A DNA stretch of 64,000 bases from an uncultured Actinomycetes bacterium (GTDB taxonomy: Bacteria > SZUA-79 > Acidulodesulfobacterales > Acidulodesulfobacteraceae). Location: the NCBI GenBank assembly GCA_964631685.1, contig CAZVZU010000001.1:96001-160000 (forward strand), given 5' to 3'. Numbering within the stretch: the first letter of the stretch is position 1; each line of letters begins with the position of its first letter. The position numbers and the translations under genes are program-made. The notes beneath the pieces were generated by a model, which saw nothing but the letters and a program-made list of their open reading frames with translations, searched no databases and was not told where the DNA came from. Of the stretch, positions 59,911-64,000 are shown in pieces.

Positions 59911-59939
59911 ATCCTACCTCTTTCGGTGTTATATTGCAA
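59911..59939 (-). promoter_or_regulatory. sigma70-type promoter for the cas10-csm operon
   Basis: Minus strand TTGCAA-N17-TAGGAT, about 100 bp upstream of the cas10 TTG. Confidence 0.5.
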
Positions 59940-59985
59940 CCCTTTATTAGAGGTGTACCTAAAAATAAGACTTGATTTAGACAAT

Positions 59986-60010
59986 AATAAGATTAATAAT
60001 AAATCTTATT
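59986..60010. repeat. Inverted repeat AATAAGATT-N7-AATCTTATT (candidate operator)
   Basis: Perfect 9-bp arms just upstream of the cas promoter. Confidence 0.5.
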
Positions 60011-60486
60011 GAATTCCTTTAAGTGAAGCTTGAATTATAATAAATGGAGAAACATTTCAGTTTACAGGAAAGTGGATTGTATGGATAAGCATATATTTGA
60101 CTCGGAGTTCGAACAAAGGTATTAGTATGTACAAAAAAAACAATATGATACTTCTAGAGTTATAGGATTAAACCTGTTAAAATATTGTTTGGAACGGCAA
60201 TAACATTAGTCGCTGTTCCCATGGTGTTCTATAAAAATGTGAGTGCTTTATTCCCTAGAAAATCAATTTGTTGAATGTATTTTCCTGGGTGCTTGTTCTA
60301 TCATCAATTTCGTTAGAATCCTTGGCATATTTTTTGTTTTTGAAGGGTATCGTAGTCAAACAAATGGTTTGATAGATCTCATCGGACGGGGATTGGTTCG
60401 GCTGTTACATTTATGTTTTCTTTGTTATGTGTAGTTATCCCTATTTTTCTTAAAATTATTGATTTGATAAGACAGCAAACCCTGAT

Positions 60487-61173
60487 ATGTTTAAAAAGCA
60501 AACAGCAACTTACATGGGCCACCGGCAGAGGATAAAAGATAAATATAAGAGATCGGGGATAGATGGCTGGTTAGATTATGAGGTTATGGAGTTGGTTCTT
60601 TCTTATGCTATTGTGAGGAAAGATACAAAGCCGATTGCCAAGGATCTAATGGCTAGGTTTAAAACGATCAGCGGAGTGTTAGATGCTGACAGTAAAGAGC
60701 TAGAATCTGTGTCCGGCATTTCGGAACATACAAGCCTTTTCTTGAAGTTACTAAAGGATATAACCGTTATTTACTTTGAAAATAACCTATATAATAAAGA
60801 TTTGCTTTCCTCACCAGAGGCTGTTTTTAACTATTTGAAAGCATCCCTAAAGGGGTGCGCGGATGAAGAATTTAAGGTTATATTTTTGGATAATAAAAAT
60901 CAGCTTATAAATATTGAAGTGCTTCAAACGGGAACGGTTAATGAATCGGTGGTATATCCAAGAAAAGTTGTGAAGAGGGCGCTGCATCACCATGCCGCGG
61001 GTGTTATTGTTGCGCATAACCATCCTGCAGGCACATTGAAACCATCAAAGGAAGATTGTATAGTGCCGCAATCTATTAAAAATGCTCTTCAAACGGTCGA
61101 GATTCGTTTATTGGACCATGTAATAATAAGTAGGAATGATTATTTTAGTCTTCAGGACAAAGGGCTCTTATAG
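60487..61173 (+). CDS. radC: RadC family protein (HhH + JAB domain)
   Basis: GHRQR, EEFKVIFLD, VYPRKVV, HNHPAG..PSKED, LLDHVII. Confidence 0.94.
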   Translation: MFKKQTATYMGHRQRIKDKYKRSGIDGWLDYEVMELVLSYAIVRKDTKPIAKDLMARFKTISGVLDADSKELESVSGISEHTSLFLKLLKDITVIYFENNLYNKDLLSSPEAVFNYLKASLKGCADEEFKVIFLDNKNQLINIEVLQTGTVNESVVYPRKVVKRALHHHAAGVIVAHNHPAGTLKPSKEDCIVPQSIKNALQTVEIRLLDHVIISRNDYFSLQDKGLL

Positions 61174-61381
61174 TTAGTGCTTAATAACCAATAATAATAT
61201 ATTACCTATTATGGAATGTGCTATTTTGCGCGGCATCTCTGATGCAGGCATAATTCCTTGCAAGTCAAAGCGTATTGACACATTAATGAATATCATGATA
61301 GTGTATAAGCGTGCACATTGCATAGGTTATCCGTTTGCTAAAATAAAAGAATAATCAAACTAAAACATTTAGGGAGCTATT

Positions 61382-62104
61382 ATGAAAACATCAAAGTTGT
61401 TACAAATTTTCTCAATAAGTGTTATTGCTTTCGGAATGATTCTCGCAGGATTCGCTTTTATCGGGACATCTTATGGAGCAGGGGTTCAAACTGCACATAG
61501 CATCATCGCTAAAAAAAATGCGGAGTTAGTGAAGTTATACGTAAAGATACTTAACAAGGTTGGCCATAGCAGCAAGGCCGCTATGGAAGTTGAAAAGAGG
61601 TTTGATATGAGTCCGGCACAGGTTAAGTTATATGCCGAAAAGGGTATGGGGCTAGGAGATGCTGTTTTTATAAAAATGGTCAAAGAAAATGCTGAAAATA
61701 ATATGAATACCAAGGCCTTTACCAGGGCATACTTAATGCAAGGTGATGCCATTTCGCAACTTAAGAATGGTGAAGTAAGGATGAAAAATATTATTACAGA
61801 GATGGGCAATGCGGTTAAATTAAAAGTAGTGAACGAGGCTTACAAGACTGAAACTGGCGTTAGCGTCGATCACGTATTATCTCTATCCGTTAACGGTCCT
61901 AATGTTAAATTAGAAAATTACGCAACTAATAAGGGTAGCATTAACATGACAAATCCTATGCAGAATAAAACAATGAGAATGAATGCAGCGCAGAGACAGA
62001 TAAATCAAGTAGACAATACCCAAAGACAGATGAAACAGATGTCTAATATTCAGCACCAAATTCAACAGAACAATAACTTGATGTGGCAAACAACAGGTAG
62101 GTAA
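61382..62104 (+). CDS. Secreted/periplasmic hypothetical protein, Met-rich with Gln/Asn tail
   Basis: Signal peptide; GGGAG RBS; low-complexity Q/N/M C-terminus. Confidence 0.8.
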   Translation: MKTSKLLQIFSISVIAFGMILAGFAFIGTSYGAGVQTAHSIIAKKNAELVKLYVKILNKVGHSSKAAMEVEKRFDMSPAQVKLYAEKGMGLGDAVFIKMVKENAENNMNTKAFTRAYLMQGDAISQLKNGEVRMKNIITEMGNAVKLKVVNEAYKTETGVSVDHVLSLSVNGPNVKLENYATNKGSINMTNPMQNKTMRMNAAQRQINQVDNTQRQMKQMSNIQHQIQQNNNLMWQTTGR

Positions 62105-62147
62105 TTGGTTGGATTTCACAAATTTAAAATCAATATAGAGAGGTGTT

Positions 62148-62960
62148 ATGGACATTAGAAAGAGTAAGATGTTTTATGTAGTTTTTTTAGTTCTTGTTTC
62201 TTTAATGATTTCAGTAAACGTAAGTGTATCAAGGTCATTTGGTGCTTCAAAGTTCCAGGTAGGGACAGGATTTAATGAAACTTGGGGTAAATATGGCACA
62301 AATTATTCTACGTCGTCAATCTATGTTCCGCTTAATATAAATTATTATCCTAATAAAAGTTTTAATTTTCAGGTCACTATACCGTACATGCATGTTCATA
62401 AACAATCGTCAACTGTGTTGGTAAACAATATACCGGTGCAGCAGAAAGGCACGTCTACTTCGGTTACAGAGAGCGGTTTAGGGGACATTGTATTAACCGG
62501 AAATTATAATATTATTAACCAGTCGGCAAATCCATCCTTGCCAACGTTGACGGCAACGGCATTCGTTGATTTACCGACGGCAAGCAAGTCTAAAGGTTTA
62601 GGGACGGGTAAGGCAAATTACGGTTTCCAGCTTGGCATAACACAACTGGTAAGTTCATACTTTTATTTTATAAATGGGGGTTATACGGTCATAGGTAAGC
62701 CTTCAGGTGTTAGCACTCTCATTAATCCGTTTTCTATGTATGCCGGCGCAGGCAAATTGATCTCTAAAGATTTATCTGTCGCCGTCTCTGGTTCATGGTC
62801 ACAAGCAATTGTGTCGGGAACGCACAATACCGTAACAGGAGAACTATCAGTGATATATACGGCGGTAAAGAATAATACCGTAAGCGCCACTTATATAAAA
62901 GGTTTTACGAACGAAAGTCCGGCTCAGGGGATGATGTTAAGTTATTCGCTCATGTTCTGA
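62148..62960 (+). CDS. Outer-membrane beta-barrel protein (MetA/CoxB transporter-like)
   Basis: Signal peptide, TIPY, SGLGDI, LPTA..GLGTG, terminal Phe. Confidence 0.8.
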   Translation: MDIRKSKMFYVVFLVLVSLMISVNVSVSRSFGASKFQVGTGFNETWGKYGTNYSTSSIYVPLNINYYPNKSFNFQVTIPYMHVHKQSSTVLVNNIPVQQKGTSTSVTESGLGDIVLTGNYNIINQSANPSLPTLTATAFVDLPTASKSKGLGTGKANYGFQLGITQLVSSYFYFINGGYTVIGKPSGVSTLINPFSMYAGAGKLISKDLSVAVSGSWSQAIVSGTHNTVTGELSVIYTAVKNNTVSATYIKGFTNESPAQGMMLSYSLMF

Positions 62961-62972
62961 TGCGTAGTGTTT

Positions 62973-63007
62973 TTAGACCCATCTTCTTACTAGGAAGATG
63001 GGTCTAA
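62973..63007. terminator. Probable bidirectional terminator between convergent genes
   Basis: TTAGACCCATCTTC / GAAGATGGGTCTAA 14-bp stem. Confidence 0.85.
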
Positions 63008-63085
63008 TTTGTATCCGTGCATTTAGATATATAAGAGACCTTTCTGCTATGGCCCTAAGCCTAAATATCGTTACCACGGATCATC

Positions 63086-63946
63086 TTAATATATATGCCT
63101 TGTAAAAATGTCTGCTATTTTTCTAATAAAGATAGGCGTATCACTGTAGTCATTAAGGTAAAAGTTAGCTAAAGACTGTTTTTTACCTATAACGCAGTTT
63201 ATTAAATTGATGTGCATGGCGGTTTTATTCACTACAATAGAAGAGTCTTGTGAAAACATTGTTTCATCCGTGACGTCATCGCCGATATTGACGCGTAAAA
63301 TATTTAATTTTAATGAATCGCTTTTTGGCAATGCTTTGACGATATAATCGCAAGCGGAGCCCTTATTCCAAGCGATACGCGGCCTTATCTCTAATATTTT
63401 TTTTCCTTTCGTTATATGTAAAAATTTTTTAAAATCAGGATTTTGACTCATTATTTCCTTGACGCTTTGTTTTAGAAAATTAGTTTCATCGTCACTTAAT
63501 AGCCGGTAATGTAAGCTTATTGAAAATTTCTTATTTTCAATAATTAGATTGTTTATATCTATTTTCTTAACCTGTATCAATGCTTTTTCTAATAAAGGTA
63601 TATATTTATCTGCATTTTCTACTAAAAAATCTAGTTTAAAATCCTCATAATAACTCTTAATTTCAAACCCGTGATTCCCGGAATAGATTATATTCTTTCT
63701 TATATTTATTCTACTTTCTATATCGGTTAATTCCCTTCCTGTTACAATACATAAAAAGGTGTTTTTCATCTCACCAATTTCAACCAAAAAATCATACAAC
63801 TGAGATGATACAGTTACGCCGTAGGGACTTTTGCATATTTTAACCAATGTGCCGTCAAAATCGATGCAAAAAACCAATATGTCCGGGTTAGTAACATGGA
63901 TAATTTTTTGTATTTCATTAATTTTTTCAATTCCGTCATATAACAT
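63086..63946 (-). CDS. otsB: Trehalose-6-phosphate phosphatase
   Basis: DFDGTL, VTGR, GNHGFE, LHYR, EIRP..WNKG, GDDVTDE. Confidence 0.94.
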   Translation of the reverse strand: MLYDGIEKINEIQKIIHVTNPDILVFCIDFDGTLVKICKSPYGVTVSSQLYDFLVEIGEMKNTFLCIVTGRELTDIESRINIRKNIIYSGNHGFEIKSYYEDFKLDFLVENADKYIPLLEKALIQVKKIDINNLIIENKKFSISLHYRLLSDDETNFLKQSVKEIMSQNPDFKKFLHITKGKKILEIRPRIAWNKGSACDYIVKALPKSDSLKLNILRVNIGDDVTDETMFSQDSSIVVNKTAMHINLINCVIGKKQSLANFYLNDYSDTPIFIRKIADIFTRHIY

Positions 63947-64000
63947 GTTACCTGTAATTATAGTATGTAATATAAAATGTTACAAGATTGAAAAAATAGT

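Noticed and set aside
60081..60203. Possible tiny pseudogene MDKHIFDSEFEQRY*YVQKK..
   Set aside because: Short, interrupted and without recognisable homology
59814..60240. Detached HD-domain remnant of cas10
   Set aside because: In-frame stop and RBS directly precede cas10; I saw no HD-like reading frame upstream
60243..60434. 63-aa ORF upstream of radC
   Set aside because: No motif or RBS; more likely regulatory or non-coding DNA
53818..61381. CRISPR array near the csm operon
   Set aside because: No regularly spaced direct repeats found by eye in any intergenic interval of the window

Overview
AT-rich bacterial chromosome segment with deltaproteobacterial-style gene order. The composition of its exported proteins suggests an acidophile, possibly Ca. 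Acidulodesulfobacterium-like (inference only). 1-25 kb: chemotaxis (cheY-cheA-cheB-cheW-parA-cheW-like) and flagellar genes (fliK-like, flhB-like, PilZ proteins, flgFGAHI, flgMNKL, csrA, fliW, motAB, FlgJ-SLT fusion, fliI) plus c-di-GMP genes, with recognisable sigma54 and sigma28 promoters. 25-53.5 kb: housekeeping and signalling genes (mqnC, dksA, a glgA with altered catalytic motifs, a hybrid kinase-GGDEF protein, tRNA-Gly, kup, molybdopterin oxidoreductase, phoB-like, tamB, Omp85, anaerobic cobalamin cbiD-ET-L-F-G-H, UDP-glucuronate decarboxylase). 53.5-61.2 kb is the most unusual part. It holds an unannotated ~90-nt sRNA candidate with an anti-Shine-Dalgarno CCUCCU motif, tRNA-Asn, and an orphan type III-A CRISPR effector operon, followed by radC. 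In that operon Cas10 lacks the HD domain but keeps GGDD, csm2-5 are intact, the Csx1/Csm6-type effector is a decayed pseudogene, and no array, cas6, cas1 or cas2 is present in the window. The window ends with a Met/Gln-rich secreted protein, a beta-barrel protein and otsB.
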